Notes under the pieces: generated by a model
Seen by the model: the letters and a program-made list of their open reading frames with translations, nothing else
Databases searched by the model: none
What the model was told of the DNA's origin: nothing
Translations under genes and position numbers: made by a program
Source: an uncultured Acidobacteriota bacterium
GTDB lineage: Bacteria; Acidobacteriota; Terriglobia; Acidiferrales; UBA7541
Direction of reading: 5' to 3'
NCBI GenBank assembly: GCA_963812565.1
Contig: CAWEVR010000006.1
Location: forward strand, 216,199-280,198
DNA: 64,000 bases
Shown: piece by piece, positions 25,264-34,777 of the stretch
How the letters are laid out: each line of letters starts with the position of its first letter
How positions within the stretch are numbered: position 1 is the first letter of the stretch

Positions 25264-25500
25264 ATGGCGGGATGCTTTTCCAGCCCAAGCCTCCTCTCGT
25301 CATGGAATGTATCCATGGGTTCGAAATATGACATTTTCGTAAAGCCTCCCGCAGGGCCTCTTACCTGGATCGAAACAGTAGAGGATATTCACGAAGCGAA
25401 AAAGCGTTTAATTAGCTTGGCGTCGAGTAAGCCGGGCGACTATTTCATTTGGGATTTATCGGAGCACAAGTTCATCGAGCAATTCAAGGAATCCGCGTAG
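25264..25500 (+). CDS. Hypothetical small protein
   Basis: An ORF in an AT-richer segment with no recognised family. An alternative start is ATG 25315 (MGSKYDIFVK...). Confidence 0.35.
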   Translation: MAGCFSSPSLLSSWNVSMGSKYDIFVKPPAGPLTWIETVEDIHEAKKRLISLASSKPGDYFIWDLSEHKFIEQFKESA

Positions 25501-25603
25501 CGTGGGTCGATGGATACCCTGGCTCCCAGGTTTGAGGAGGAATTGCTTGTCCAGAAATCAATAACACGGTGTATTTGGGAATATTTATTTTCGGAGCAGT
25601 CGG

Positions 25604-25798
25604 TTACTTAGGACATTCATCCGTTCCGATTTCGGAATATCCTTCCTTGTTAATCCCGGTCCATTGAAAATGCGTAAAGGATGTTTTTTCATTCATTACT
25701 TTAGCGAGGCCAGGTTTCTCGCAATGCGGACAAATCTGAATTTCACTTCTGTCTATTTTTGTTCCAATTGGTAGGCATGTGTAATCGTCTGTTTTCAT
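25604..25798 (-). CDS. Hypothetical small Cys-containing protein
   Basis: A 64-aa ORF in an AT-richer segment, containing ICPHCEKPG and a C-terminal ECPK. No SD sequence was found. TATAGT lies 7 nt upstream of the ATG, which could mean a leaderless transcript. Confidence 0.35.
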   Translation of the reverse strand: MKTDDYTCLPIGTKIDRSEIQICPHCEKPGLAKVMNEKTSFTHFQWTGINKEGYSEIGTDECPK

Positions 25799-25947
25799 AT
25801 TAGAGACTATACACTGTCCGCTAAGCTTGAGAGGGGTGCTGGTCTGGTCATTTCCAACGTATTGGCTGCCTTCGCGGTTATTCGAATCATCCTAGTGCCT
25901 GCAAAAGCCGAAACTCCAAACTGACCCAATGCCCGAACGCGTTCGCG

Positions 25948-25977
25948 TTGACAGAAGATGCGGGGATGGCTTACACT
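25948..25977 (+). promoter_or_regulatory. Candidate promoter of rplM-rpsI (TTGACA-18 nt-TACACT)
   Basis: The hexamers were read directly. They lie about 38 nt upstream of the rplM ATG. Confidence 0.4.
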
Positions 25978-26014
25978 TGGCGATTGTCTCCAGACTGAAA
26001 GGTGCGACAGAGAG

Positions 26015-26464
26015 ATGCGGACGTATGTTCCAACGGGCCGGGAAACCGAAGAAGTAACGGCCGGAAAAAATTGGTTTGTGGTGGACGCGAACGGGCAAGT
26101 CCTGGGGCGCCTCGCGACGCGCATCGCGCGAATCCTGATCGGCAAGGACAAGCCGCAATTCACGCCCTACCTCGATTGCGGAGATCACGTGGTGGTGATC
26201 AATGCCGAGCGAGTCAGGCTGACGGGAAACAAGATCGATCAAAAAGTGTATCGCCATCACAGCGGTTATCCGGGCGGATTGAAGGAAACTTCGATTCGCT
26301 TGATGTTGCAACGCCGTCCCGAGGAAGTGGTGCGCGAAGCGGTGCTGGGCATGCTGCCGAAAAATAAGCTCCGCGCGCGCCGCGCCAAGAAGCTGCGTGT
26401 CTATGCCGGAAGTGAAGCGCTCGCCCGCCACGCCGGACAAAAGCCCCAGCCGCTCGCGTTGTAA
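26015..26464 (+). CDS. rplM: 50S ribosomal protein L13
   Basis: NWFVVDANGQVLGRLATRIARIL...GDHVVVINAE...YRHHSGYPGGLK. Start at the internal ATG 26015. Confidence 0.95.
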   Translation: MRTYVPTGRETEEVTAGKNWFVVDANGQVLGRLATRIARILIGKDKPQFTPYLDCGDHVVVINAERVRLTGNKIDQKVYRHHSGYPGGLKETSIRLMLQRRPEEVVREAVLGMLPKNKLRARRAKKLRVYAGSEALARHAGQKPQPLAL

Positions 26465-26581
26465 CCCGGCAACAGGGATTCGAAATCACCGCGCTTGCCG
26501 GAGGTATCCGCCGCGAGCGCGATGTGAGCAGAAGTGGAACGAGGAGGAACGTTGAGTTCAGGTTCGAGTGCGATCGAAGCG

Positions 26582-26974
26582 ATGGCAGGGAAGCAGTTCT
26601 ACGGCACGGGACGCCGCCGGGAATCGGTGGCGCGCGTGTACCTCAAAATGGGGCCGGCGCGGTTCACGGTGAATGGGCGGCCGGTGGAGGAATATTTTCG
26701 CAATATCGCGTGGCACACGGCTGCGGTCGAGCCGCTGAAGTTCACGCAGACGGCGGATCAAGTCGAAGTGAAAGCGATCGTGAAGGGCGGCGGAGTGGGT
26801 GGACAATCCGGCGCGGTGCGCATGGGACTTTCCCGAGCGCTCGCGAAGTTGAATCCCGACCTGCGCTCCGGACTGCGGAAAAACGGCTTCCTGACGCGCG
26901 ATTCGCGCATGAAGGAACGGAAGAAGTACGGACAGAAGGGCGCACGGCGCCGCTTCCAGTTCAGCAAGCGGTAA
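26582..26974 (+). CDS. rpsI: 30S ribosomal protein S9
   Basis: QFYGTGRRRESVARVYL ... GGGVGGQSGAVRMGLSRAL ... ARRRFQFSKR. An alternative start is TTG 26552, which has GAGGAGG upstream. Confidence 0.95.
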   Translation: MAGKQFYGTGRRRESVARVYLKMGPARFTVNGRPVEEYFRNIAWHTAAVEPLKFTQTADQVEVKAIVKGGGVGGQSGAVRMGLSRALAKLNPDLRSGLRKNGFLTRDSRMKERKKYGQKGARRRFQFSKR

Positions 26975-27144
26975 TCGAAGCAGTGTCCCGGTTCGCCGAG
27001 ACGGCGGGCCGGGATAATTCACGGCCGGCAAGGCACCGGCAAAAAAAGATGCTGCCTCGGCGGGATGAGAGAAAGCTTCCGGCTCGCCGGGGTCTCAAGC
27101 ATCCCTTATAAAGAGAGAGAGGTACTTTGGGAGTCGAAATAACG

Positions 27145-28029
27145 ATGAAGGAGCTTCTGGAGGCCGGAGTTCATTTCGGCCATCAGACGCGACGCTGGAA
27201 CCCGAAGATGAAGGAATACATTTTCGGTGAGCGCAACGGGATCCACATTATTGACCTGCAGAAAACCCTGAAGATGTTCCGCGAGGCCGCGCGATACGTT
27301 TCCGAATTGGCCGGGCGGGGCAAAATCGTTCTCTTCCTCGGCACGAAGCGGCAAGCCCAGGAAGCCATCGCCGAAGAAGCGCTGCGCTGCGGAATGTATT
27401 ACGTGAACCATCGCTGGCTCGGCGGCACACTAACCAACTGGGTGACGCTCCAAAAATCCATCAAGAGATTGAAGCTGCTGAAAGCCATGGTCGAAGACGG
27501 CCGCATGGCCGCTCTGCCCAAGAAGGAAGCTGCGCGGCTCGACCGCGAGCTGAAACACTTGAAGCAAAACTTTTCCGGGGTCGAGAATATGGCCGTGCTG
27601 CCCGACGCCATGTTTATCATCGATCCCAACGCGGAAGTCATTGCGGTGCGCGAGGCACGCCGGATGGGCTGTCCAGTGGTGGCGATCGTGGACACGAATT
27701 GCGATCCGGATCTCGTAGACTGGGTGATTCCGGGCAACGACGACGCGTTGCGCGCGATTCGGCTGTTCACGTCGAAGATTTCCGACGCGGTTCTCGCGGG
27801 GCGGCAATCATTTGAGCAATCGCAGATCGCCGATCAGAAGGCCGCCGACGGCGCCGCGGGTGAAGAAAGTGTCGATTACGTCGACACCAGCCCGTATGAG
27901 GTGTACGAAAAACAGGAGGGCGATTTCGTCGAGGGGGAGCCTGTGGTTGACGCCCCTGTCGAAGAGGCCGCGGCTCCGGTCGCAACGGATGACGAGGCAC
28001 AAGCCGATAAGCCCCGCGCCGCGCGATGA
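27145..28029 (+). CDS. rpsB: 30S ribosomal protein S2 with an acidic C-terminal extension
   Basis: [22 protein letters not shown]. Has a ~60-aa Asp/Glu/Ala-rich tail. Confidence 0.95.
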   Translation: MKELLEAGVHFGHQTRRWNPKMKEYIFGERNGIHIIDLQKTLKMFREAARYVSELAGRGKIVLFLGTKRQAQEAIAEEALRCGMYYVNHRWLGGTLTNWVTLQKSIKRLKLLKAMVEDGRMAALPKKEAARLDRELKHLKQNFSGVENMAVLPDAMFIIDPNAEVIAVREARRMGCPVVAIVDTNCDPDLVDWVIPGNDDALRAIRLFTSKISDAVLAGRQSFEQSQIADQKAADGAAGEESVDYVDTSPYEVYEKQEGDFVEGEPVVDAPVEEAAAPVATDDEAQADKPRAAR

Positions 28030-28101
28030 CCTCAAGGCCGGCTGGTTCCAGCCGGCCGGGTTCAAAAACCCGAAACCAGAAAAAAGGAATTGAGTCGAGC
28101 T

Positions 28102-28785
28102 ATGGCGACAGCACCGGATCCCAAGAAGGGGAATGTATCCGCGCAACTCGTGAAAGAGTTGCGCGACCGCACCGGCGCCGGCTTCACGGCCTGCCGCGAG
28201 GCCCTGGTCGAATCCGGCGGCGAAATCGAACAGGCCATCAACATCCTGCGGAAAAAAGGGCAGGCCGCGGCGGCGAAGAAAGCGCAGCGCACCACTTCGG
28301 AAGGATTGGTCAGTTGCTACATTCACGCGGGCGGAAGAATCGGCGTGCTGGTCGAGATCAACTGCGAAAGCGACTTCGTTGCGCGCACGGATGACTTCCA
28401 GCGCCTGTGCCACGACGTGGCAATGCACATCGCCGCACTTGATCCGCGATTTTTGCGGCGCGACGACGTAACGCCGGAAATTCTCGACCGCGAACGCGAT
28501 ATTTATCGCGAGCAGGCCAAGCAAACCGGCAAGCCCGAGAACGTAATCGAGAAAATTGTGAATGGCAAGATGGAAAAGTTCTACGAAGAGAACTGCCTCT
28601 ACGAGCAGCACTTCATCAAGGATGAGGGCATGACGGTGAAGGAGCTGATCGATCTGGCTATCTCCAAAGTCGGCGAGAACATCGGTGTCCGGCGGTTCTC
28701 GCGATTCAAGGTGGGCGAGTTGGACGGCGCTGCGCCCGCGGCACCGGCAATCGAAGAGCCGGATCCGTCCGCTCCCGCCGCGTAA
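28102..28785 (+). CDS. tsf: Elongation factor Ts
   Basis: [22 protein letters not shown], a UBA-like N-terminus, then [16 protein letters not shown]. Confidence 0.95.
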   Translation: MATAPDPKKGNVSAQLVKELRDRTGAGFTACREALVESGGEIEQAINILRKKGQAAAAKKAQRTTSEGLVSCYIHAGGRIGVLVEINCESDFVARTDDFQRLCHDVAMHIAALDPRFLRRDDVTPEILDRERDIYREQAKQTGKPENVIEKIVNGKMEKFYEENCLYEQHFIKDEGMTVKELIDLAISKVGENIGVRRFSRFKVGELDGAAPAAPAIEEPDPSAPAA

Positions 28786-28881
28786 ATCACGCCGCAATCT
28801 TTTGCCCGCCGAGCAGCGCGTGAGGTTGCGCGCAATCTCTGCTAGAATGCCCGCGAGCCAGGGGGCTCGACCAACCGCTCC

Positions 28882-29640
28882 ATGACAACCGCAGAATCGG
28901 CAAGCCGAATGGGTGCGACGCGCGGCGCGCCCGTCTATCAGCGCATCGTGCTCAAGCTTTCGGGAGAATCACTTTCGGGCCCCAACGAATTCGGCATCCA
29001 TGCGGAAACGCTCCAGGGCATTGCGCGAGAAGTGAAAGAGGTGCGCGAACTGGGCGTGCAGGTGGCCATCATCGTCGGCGGCGGAAACATTTTCCGCGGC
29101 ACGCGCCAGAAAGAATTGGCGATCGATCGCGCCACGGGCGATTACATGGGCATGCTGGCGACCGTTATCAACGGCCTGGCGCTGATGGATGCGCTGGAAA
29201 AGAGCGGCTGCATTGCGCGGCTGCTGAGCGCAATCGAAATGCACCAGGTGGCCGAGCCGTTCATTCGCCGCCGGGCCACGCGCCACCTGGAAAAAGAGCG
29301 CGTCGTGATCTTCGCTGCCGGGACCGGCAATCCTTATTTTTCAACGGACACGGCGGCGGCATTGCGCGCGATGGAGATCAAGGCGCAGGTGATTCTGAAG
29401 GCCACGCGCGTGGACGGAATTTTCGACGCCGATCCGGAAAAAGTGAAGGGCGCGAAAATGTTCGAACGGATAACGTACCTGGATGTGCTGCAAAAGGGTC
29501 TTTCGGTGATGGATTCGACGGCCATCTCCCTCTGCATGGACAACAAGATGCCCATCGTCGTGTTCAACATGAACGTGCCCGGGAACCTGAAGCGCGTGGT
29601 GCTGGGCGAGCGAGTCGGCTCGGTTGTCAGCGTCACGTGA
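28882..29640 (+). CDS. pyrH: UMP kinase
   Basis: [22 protein letters not shown] and [19 protein letters not shown]. Confidence 0.95.
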   Translation: MTTAESASRMGATRGAPVYQRIVLKLSGESLSGPNEFGIHAETLQGIAREVKEVRELGVQVAIIVGGGNIFRGTRQKELAIDRATGDYMGMLATVINGLALMDALEKSGCIARLLSAIEMHQVAEPFIRRRATRHLEKERVVIFAAGTGNPYFSTDTAAALRAMEIKAQVILKATRVDGIFDADPEKVKGAKMFERITYLDVLQKGLSVMDSTAISLCMDNKMPIVVFNMNVPGNLKRVVLGERVGSVVSVT

Positions 29641-29668
29641 GACACCATCGGCGGAGGGATTCTTTCCG

Positions 29669-30244
29669 ATGACTACGATTGCCACAAGCAAAGACGCGCT
29701 GGCTCAAGCGAAAATCCGGATGGAAAAGGCCGTCGAAGATTTTCGCAAGGATCTTGCCAGCGTGCGCACCGGCCGCGCGAATGTAAGCATTCTCGACCAC
29801 GTTCGCGTGGACTACCATGGCACGCCGATGCCCATCAATCAGCTCGGCACTCTCTCGGTTCCCGATCCGACGATCATTGTCATCTCGCCGTGGGATCCGA
29901 GCGCCGTTCCTTTGATTGACAAGGCTATACGGACGACGGACCTCGGTCTGAACCCCACGAACGACGGGAAAGTGCTGCGCGTCCCGATTCCGTCCCTCAC
30001 CGAAGAACGGCGCAAGGATCTGGTAAAGCACATCCATAAGGTCCTCGAGAATCACCGCACCGCCGTGCGCAATATCCGCCGCGACATCAAGGAAGCGGTG
30101 GAGAAACTCGAGAAGGAAAAGAAGATCAGCGAAGACGATAAGAAGCGCACGCTCGACGAACTGGAAAAAGTCACCCACTCCGAAACGAAGAAAATCGAAG
30201 ACCTGTCGGCTGCCAAGGAAAAGGAAGTCCTGGAAATTAAGTGA
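29669..30244 (+). CDS. frr: Ribosome recycling factor
   Basis: MEKAVEDFRKDLASVRTGRANVSILDHVRVDYHG...PIPSLTEERRKDLVK. GGAGGG lies upstream of ATG 29669. Confidence 0.95.
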   Translation: MTTIATSKDALAQAKIRMEKAVEDFRKDLASVRTGRANVSILDHVRVDYHGTPMPINQLGTLSVPDPTIIVISPWDPSAVPLIDKAIRTTDLGLNPTNDGKVLRVPIPSLTEERRKDLVKHIHKVLENHRTAVRNIRRDIKEAVEKLEKEKKISEDDKKRTLDELEKVTHSETKKIEDLSAAKEKEVLEIK

Positions 30245-30304
30245 CGATGCGATGCGGCCACGGCCGCACGCGTGCGCTTCTCGCCTTTTTGTCCAACGCC
30301 TCAA

Positions 30305-30806
30305 TTGAAATGCAGGCAACGCGATAAATCGAAGAGAGATTCTTCGCTGCGCGCGCCGGACATTCGTCCCGGAAAAGCGGGACGAATGCGCAGAGAGAAG
30401 CCGGCGCGCTCCGTTCAGAATGACGCGCCGGGGGTTTGTGCCCTGGGCAAGTTTCCCTTCGTTTGCAATGCAGGGCACGCCGTAAATCGAAGAGAGATTC
30501 TTCACTGCGCGCGCCGGACATTCGTCCCGGAAAAGCGGGACGAACGCGCAGAGAGAAGCCGGCGCGCTCCGTTCAGAATGACGCGCCGGGGGTTTGTGCC
30601 CTGGGCAAGTTTCCCTTCGATTGCAATGTAGGGCACGCCGTAAGTCGAAGAGAGATCCTTCGACTTCGGGCCGGCTTGTCCCGCGAGAGCGGGACACAGG
30701 CAGAAGAGCCGGCCCTCCGCTCAGGATGACGACGCCGGTGGCGTGGGCGGTTCAGAAAGACAGAAGCAGATCCCTCGTCGGCCACTGAGCGGCCGCACTC
30801 GGGATG
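30305..30806. repeat. Tandem array: three 158-bp structured units plus one extra short module
   Basis: Unit starts are at 30305, 30463 and 30621 (TTGMAATG...). Units 1 and 2 are nearly identical. Unit 3 keeps the architecture but differs in sequence. A terminal GCAGATCCCTCG...CTCGGGATGA module follows. Confidence 0.8.
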
Positions 30807-30824
30807 AAAATCCTCACCAGATTT

Positions 30825-33800
30825 TCAGTTTACCGTGCGGACATCCTCGGGGAGGATCAGGGTAAAGCTGCAGTCGCCGGTGACGGCGGCGCAGGAAAGC
30901 GTGCCGCGGCGCACAATTTTCAGCGGCGAAGCATCGGGAAACATTCCATCGCTATCCAAGGAGCGGAGTTTCTCACCCGACGACCGAAGTGCATCACTTC
31001 CGCTTATGAATTGCACGGCTTTGATTCGAGCGGCAGGGTGGTCCGGGGAGGGCGCAAGCAGAACAAAGAAATCGGCGGCAACCTTGCTTTCCCCAAGTTT
31101 CTGAAGGGAAAGCGTGCGCATGGCCGCAAGTTCCGGACGAGCCTTGGTCACGAGGCCTTCGATCCGGGGATCCTTTTCGTCCGAGCCGAGAAGAGAAGCG
31201 AGGCGGCCGCGCGTTTCCGGGATGGAGTGCAGCGCGGCGATGCCGAGAGCATACATGTGGATGGCGCGATCCTTCTGTCCCAGTTTTTCGTAAATCTGCC
31301 CGAGATGATCAGCCACTTCTCCGTGCTGATTGAGCAGCCAGGAAGCGCGAACAAAACGGTCCGCCGTCGAAAGATCGCCTTTTTGGAAATAAACCCAACC
31401 GAGAGTGTCCCAATACGCGCCGATGCTCGAGACTTCACCGAGGTCGTCGAGTGTGATGTGCGCGAGCTCGACGTTGCGCAGGTTTGCAGCCGTGCGTGAA
31501 ATTGCGGATTCGGCATACTGCTGCGCCTTGTCCAGCTCGATTTTGTGGTCGGCGAGATTGTAAGCGATGTTGTTCCATACGGCGGGAGTCTGCGAAAGCT
31601 GCGCGGCCTTCTCGAATGCCGCGAGCCCTTTTTCCCGTTCTCCGGTGTTCAGATAAGCCTGGCCAAGGCTGATTCGAAGGCCCGCGTCATCGGGCGAGAG
31701 AATCGTGGCCTTGTCGAGCTCCGGGATGGCTTCGGCGTACTTGTGCTGCTCGACGAAGAGCTGCCCGAGCGCAGCGTGAGCGAGGGAATCAAGCGGATTC
31801 ACTTCAATCTGCTTGCGATATGCATCCGCCGCGCTGTTGTACATCTGCTGCTGCTGCAGGGCGATGCCGAGATAGTCGTACGCGTGCTCGTCGTAGGGAT
31901 TCACGTCAATCTGGTGGCGGAATGCGTCCGCCGCTTCGTTGAATTGTCCGACGCGGAGAAAGCCGAGTCCAAGGTAATTCCACGCCAGCTTGTGTTTCGG
32001 ATCGAGTTCGACGACGCGCTGAAACAGTGGAATTGCCGCCGTGGGGTTGCCGGAATTCATCGCGGCAATTCCTGCTTCCAGCAATTCGTCCGGTTTGACG
32101 GTCGAGGGGATCGCGGGCGCCCCCGGGGTGGAATTTTCAGCGACAAGCACCTGACTCTCATCGGACTCTACCGCTCGCGCGAACGCCATGTAATCACCGG
32201 TGCGCGCAGCGGGCAAACTGCGCATCTTGAAATTGAGCGAGCGCTCGACATCGAGGGTGTGGTTTTCAAAGCGATAGCTCGATTTGAATTCCGCGTAATC
32301 CCGCTGGACGCCGACGGCCACAGGCGCCTGCGCCGTAAATGTTTCTGGCAGCGTCAGCTTCAGCGTCGTGATTACGTCGAGCGGGCTGCCGAGCTCGATC
32401 GGTTCCGTGTTGTCCTCGGAAACATTGGGCAATCCAATATTCGGAAGAGGGAGCGCAACCTTCGCTTTCCGGCTGGACCAATCGAGAAAATTCGCTTGCG
32501 AAAATTCGAGATCGAGCACGAAGGGATCCTTTGTTTCGGAGGGATCGCCGGGCTTCACGGAGGTGACTTCCCCTTTTAAGCCGTCGAGCGAAGCGATGGT
32601 CTGGGCGAGCTGCTTCCACTGCGTCTCGGGTGTGCGGCGAAATGCGGCGCGCAACGCGAACTCATTGTCGCCGCGGAGAACGTAGTGGAACTTTGCTTCG
32701 AGCTTGCCTAAATCGCTGACGCGGGCTTCGATTTCGACGCGCTGCACGGAAGGGAAAGGCGGGTCTGCCGGCGTTTCGACGATCTTGCCTGCGCCGTCCG
32801 GCGGCACGAGCAGTGCGGATTTGTCGCGCAGCGTACGGGAGAGAAGACGGAATGGCGCGACCTCCGCCGTGGAATCCATCCAGATGAGCTCATTGCCTTT
32901 CGGCACAGCGGTGATGACATGGTCGAATTGCGACGGCGACGGCACAGAAACGTCGAGCTTGCGCGAAAAAGGAATCAGGACGGCGTCGGCCCGGATTCCG
33001 GCGGCGTCGAGCATGGCGGTGAGCAGCGTGCTTTTGTCTTTGCAGTCGCCGTATTGGTTTGCGAAAACCTCTGCAGCGGAATGCGGCTGATAGCGTCCGA
33101 GGCCGAAAGACAGACTGACGTAGCGGATGTTTTTTGAGACGTATTCGTAAAGCGCATCCATCTTGTCGAGTTCATCGGTGCGACCCTGTATAAGCTCCTG
33201 CGCTTTCGCCCGGATTTCAGGGGTCGGCTCCGTGCGGCCTCGCTCGAGCTTCGCATACCACTGGGCCACTTCTTTCCAGCTTGCGAAGGTGGTGAGCTGC
33301 ACGGCCGGAGCCTTCGATTTATCGGACTGCGTTTTTTTCTTTTTCGCTTCCTCCTCACCGGGCCGAGTCAGATTCGTGTGTTTCCAGCGGTAGCTGGTCC
33401 AGCCATCCGCTTCGTTCTTCTCGTAGGGGAAAAGAGGAGATTGCAGGTTCACGGCGCGGCCTCGCGGAACGCGAATCTCGAGGCGCTCGTCAAGAACAAT
33501 GGCGCCTTCGAGAAAATTTTGCTCGAACCAGAATTGGTCGGGCGCGAGAGCTGTCACAAGGCGCGTCACGATTTCATATTCGATCGTATCCCCCGGACGG
33601 AGGGAGGGAACCGTGATGTGCTTTTCCTTGTAGTCGGTGTACACGGGCGCATCGCGCGCAACCGTTGCCGTCATTTCCTTCACGGCATCGGGTCCGGCAT
33701 TCACAACGGTCGCGTCGGCTTTTCGCACGCGCACATAGCGCACGTCCATTTGCTCGCTCGTGGAGTTGTAGCCAAAAACGAGTTCGCCCAACTGTTGCAC

Positions 33801-34049
33801 GCCGGCTTCACTCTGTACATGGATGCGGGCCGTGACGGCGCGTTCGCCGGTGCCGTCGTTTTCAAACCGCGCGGCAGTGTAGTACTGCTCGACGACGAAA
33901 GGTTCCTGCGAGTAATCGGAAGGGTTCTGCTTCTGCTTTGCGGGCGGCGGCGCGTTCTGCGCAGGCACGGGAGCCGAGGCTGGTTGCTGGGCCGAGTTCG
34001 CGCCAGACAAAATCAACGCACAAGACAGGACCAGCCAGAGGCGCTTCAT
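30825..34049 (-). CDS. Large secreted protein with a transglutaminase-like cysteine protease core, a DUF3857-like N-terminus and C-terminal TPR repeats
   Basis: Signal peptide MKRLWLVLSCALILSGANSAQ, a transglutaminase core QYGDCKDKSTLLTAML, and multiple TPR-like repeats (DPKHKLAWNYLG..., NPYDEHAYDYLG...). Confidence 0.8.
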   Translation of the reverse strand: MKRLWLVLSCALILSGANSAQQPASAPVPAQNAPPPAKQKQNPSDYSQEPFVVEQYYTAARFENDGTGERAVTARIHVQSEAGVQQLGELVFGYNSTSEQMDVRYVRVRKADATVVNAGPDAVKEMTATVARDAPVYTDYKEKHITVPSLRPGDTIEYEIVTRLVTALAPDQFWFEQNFLEGAIVLDERLEIRVPRGRAVNLQSPLFPYEKNEADGWTSYRWKHTNLTRPGEEEAKKKKTQSDKSKAPAVQLTTFASWKEVAQWYAKLERGRTEPTPEIRAKAQELIQGRTDELDKMDALYEYVSKNIRYVSLSFGLGRYQPHSAAEVFANQYGDCKDKSTLLTAMLDAAGIRADAVLIPFSRKLDVSVPSPSQFDHVITAVPKGNELIWMDSTAEVAPFRLLSRTLRDKSALLVPPDGAGKIVETPADPPFPSVQRVEIEARVSDLGKLEAKFHYVLRGDNEFALRAAFRRTPETQWKQLAQTIASLDGLKGEVTSVKPGDPSETKDPFVLDLEFSQANFLDWSSRKAKVALPLPNIGLPNVSEDNTEPIELGSPLDVITTLKLTLPETFTAQAPVAVGVQRDYAEFKSSYRFENHTLDVERSLNFKMRSLPAARTGDYMAFARAVESDESQVLVAENSTPGAPAIPSTVKPDELLEAGIAAMNSGNPTAAIPLFQRVVELDPKHKLAWNYLGLGFLRVGQFNEAADAFRHQIDVNPYDEHAYDYLGIALQQQQMYNSAADAYRKQIEVNPLDSLAHAALGQLFVEQHKYAEAIPELDKATILSPDDAGLRISLGQAYLNTGEREKGLAAFEKAAQLSQTPAVWNNIAYNLADHKIELDKAQQYAESAISRTAANLRNVELAHITLDDLGEVSSIGAYWDTLGWVYFQKGDLSTADRFVRASWLLNQHGEVADHLGQIYEKLGQKDRAIHMYALGIAALHSIPETRGRLASLLGSDEKDPRIEGLVTKARPELAAMRTLSLQKLGESKVAADFFVLLAPSPDHPAARIKAVQFISGSDALRSSGEKLRSLDSDGMFPDASPLKIVRRGTLSCAAVTGDCSFTLILPEDVRTVN

Positions 34050-34325
34050 TCTTTCACCTCGTTCATAATTGAGCGGAAGTAGTGTAGGCCCGATTGACAG
34101 ATGGGTAAAGCGCGCCTCTTGTGGAAGGTGGACAATCGTGAAAGGGATCGCAGTTTCTTGGATGGCGGTTGCTCTGGCGGGGCGACCGCGATCTCTGGAT
34201 TTTATCTATTACACTGATAGTATATATGTAAGCGCTTTTTCGTCATAAAGATAGACGTCTCAAGGGAAGGTTCTGGCCGCGTGACTGGAGTTTGGGGATA
34301 GTGGCGGGGCGTTTTTGCTTTTGCG

Positions 34326-34361
34326 GGAGTCGATGAGAGCACTCGATTCTCGACTCCTTTT
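34326..34361 (+). terminator. Orphan terminator-like hairpin in the divergent intergenic region
   Basis: GGAGTCGA-16 nt-TCGACTCC followed directly by TTTT. No annotated plus-strand gene lies upstream of it. Confidence 0.3.
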
Positions 34362-34436
34362 CGGAACGTCAGCGGGGACTAATTCTAGGATCTGGGCGCG
34401 GACAAATTGTGCTCATGATTTCCACGGGGAATCGAG

Positions 34437-34465
34437 TTGACATGAGTCGTTGTTTTTCCTATACT
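34437..34465 (+). promoter_or_regulatory. Strong sigma70-type promoter (TTGACA-17 nt-TATACT) for the str/S10/spc/alpha cluster
   Basis: A consensus -35, a 17-nt spacer and a 5/6 match at -10. It lies about 312 nt upstream of the rpsL GTG. Confidence 0.6.
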
Positions 34466-34727
34466 TGCGCGGTTGTAAAGGGCCCGTTGGGGCCGGTGGT
34501 GATGGGGAAGTCTTCCACCCCGGAACAGAGAACGACGGAACGGGGTACAGGAAGAACGGCGAATATGGGGCGCCAGCCTCGCAAAGCCGTGTGAGCCTCT
34601 CCGCTCGTGGCAGATGCAGTTCACTCCCTGGGGTGAAGCGTCAGCGCGGAGTACCTGGGTAATTCCTCGGGGTCGGGCGACCTTTTCTGTTCATTCACCC
34701 GCGAGAAGTGCGCGGCTGTGTATACGA

Positions 34728-34752
34728 GCGCCTCGTGTGGCGCCGTGTTTTT
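34728..34752 (+). terminator. Candidate leader attenuator hairpin before the rpsL SD
   Basis: GCGCC-tcgtgt-GGCGC followed by cgtgTTTTT. It ends 14 nt before the GGAGG at 34766. The stem is short, so this call is weak. Confidence 0.3.
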
Positions 34753-34777
34753 GCGCGAAAGCAAGTGGAGGAAATAC

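Noticed and set aside
27808-30697. Minus-strand ORFs of 329 aa and 354 aa opposite tsf, frr and the repeat array.
   Set aside because: They are antisense to tsf, pyrH and frr. Part of the 354-aa ORF is simply the tandem repeat read through.
30305-30806. Possible CRISPR array.
   Set aside because: The 158-bp units are contiguous with no unique spacers. The unit length is far above CRISPR repeat size, and no cas genes are nearby.
34466-34777. Assigning the rpsL leader to a known RNA family (TPP, cobalamin, SAM, ykkC, ZTP, SRP, 6S, RNase P, tmRNA).
   Set aside because: By eye, none of the diagnostic conserved cores is present (e.g. CUGAGA with ACCUGAUCUGGAUAAUGCCAGCG, the B12 box, or GGAAAGUCCGGGC). 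It is left as an unclassified leader.
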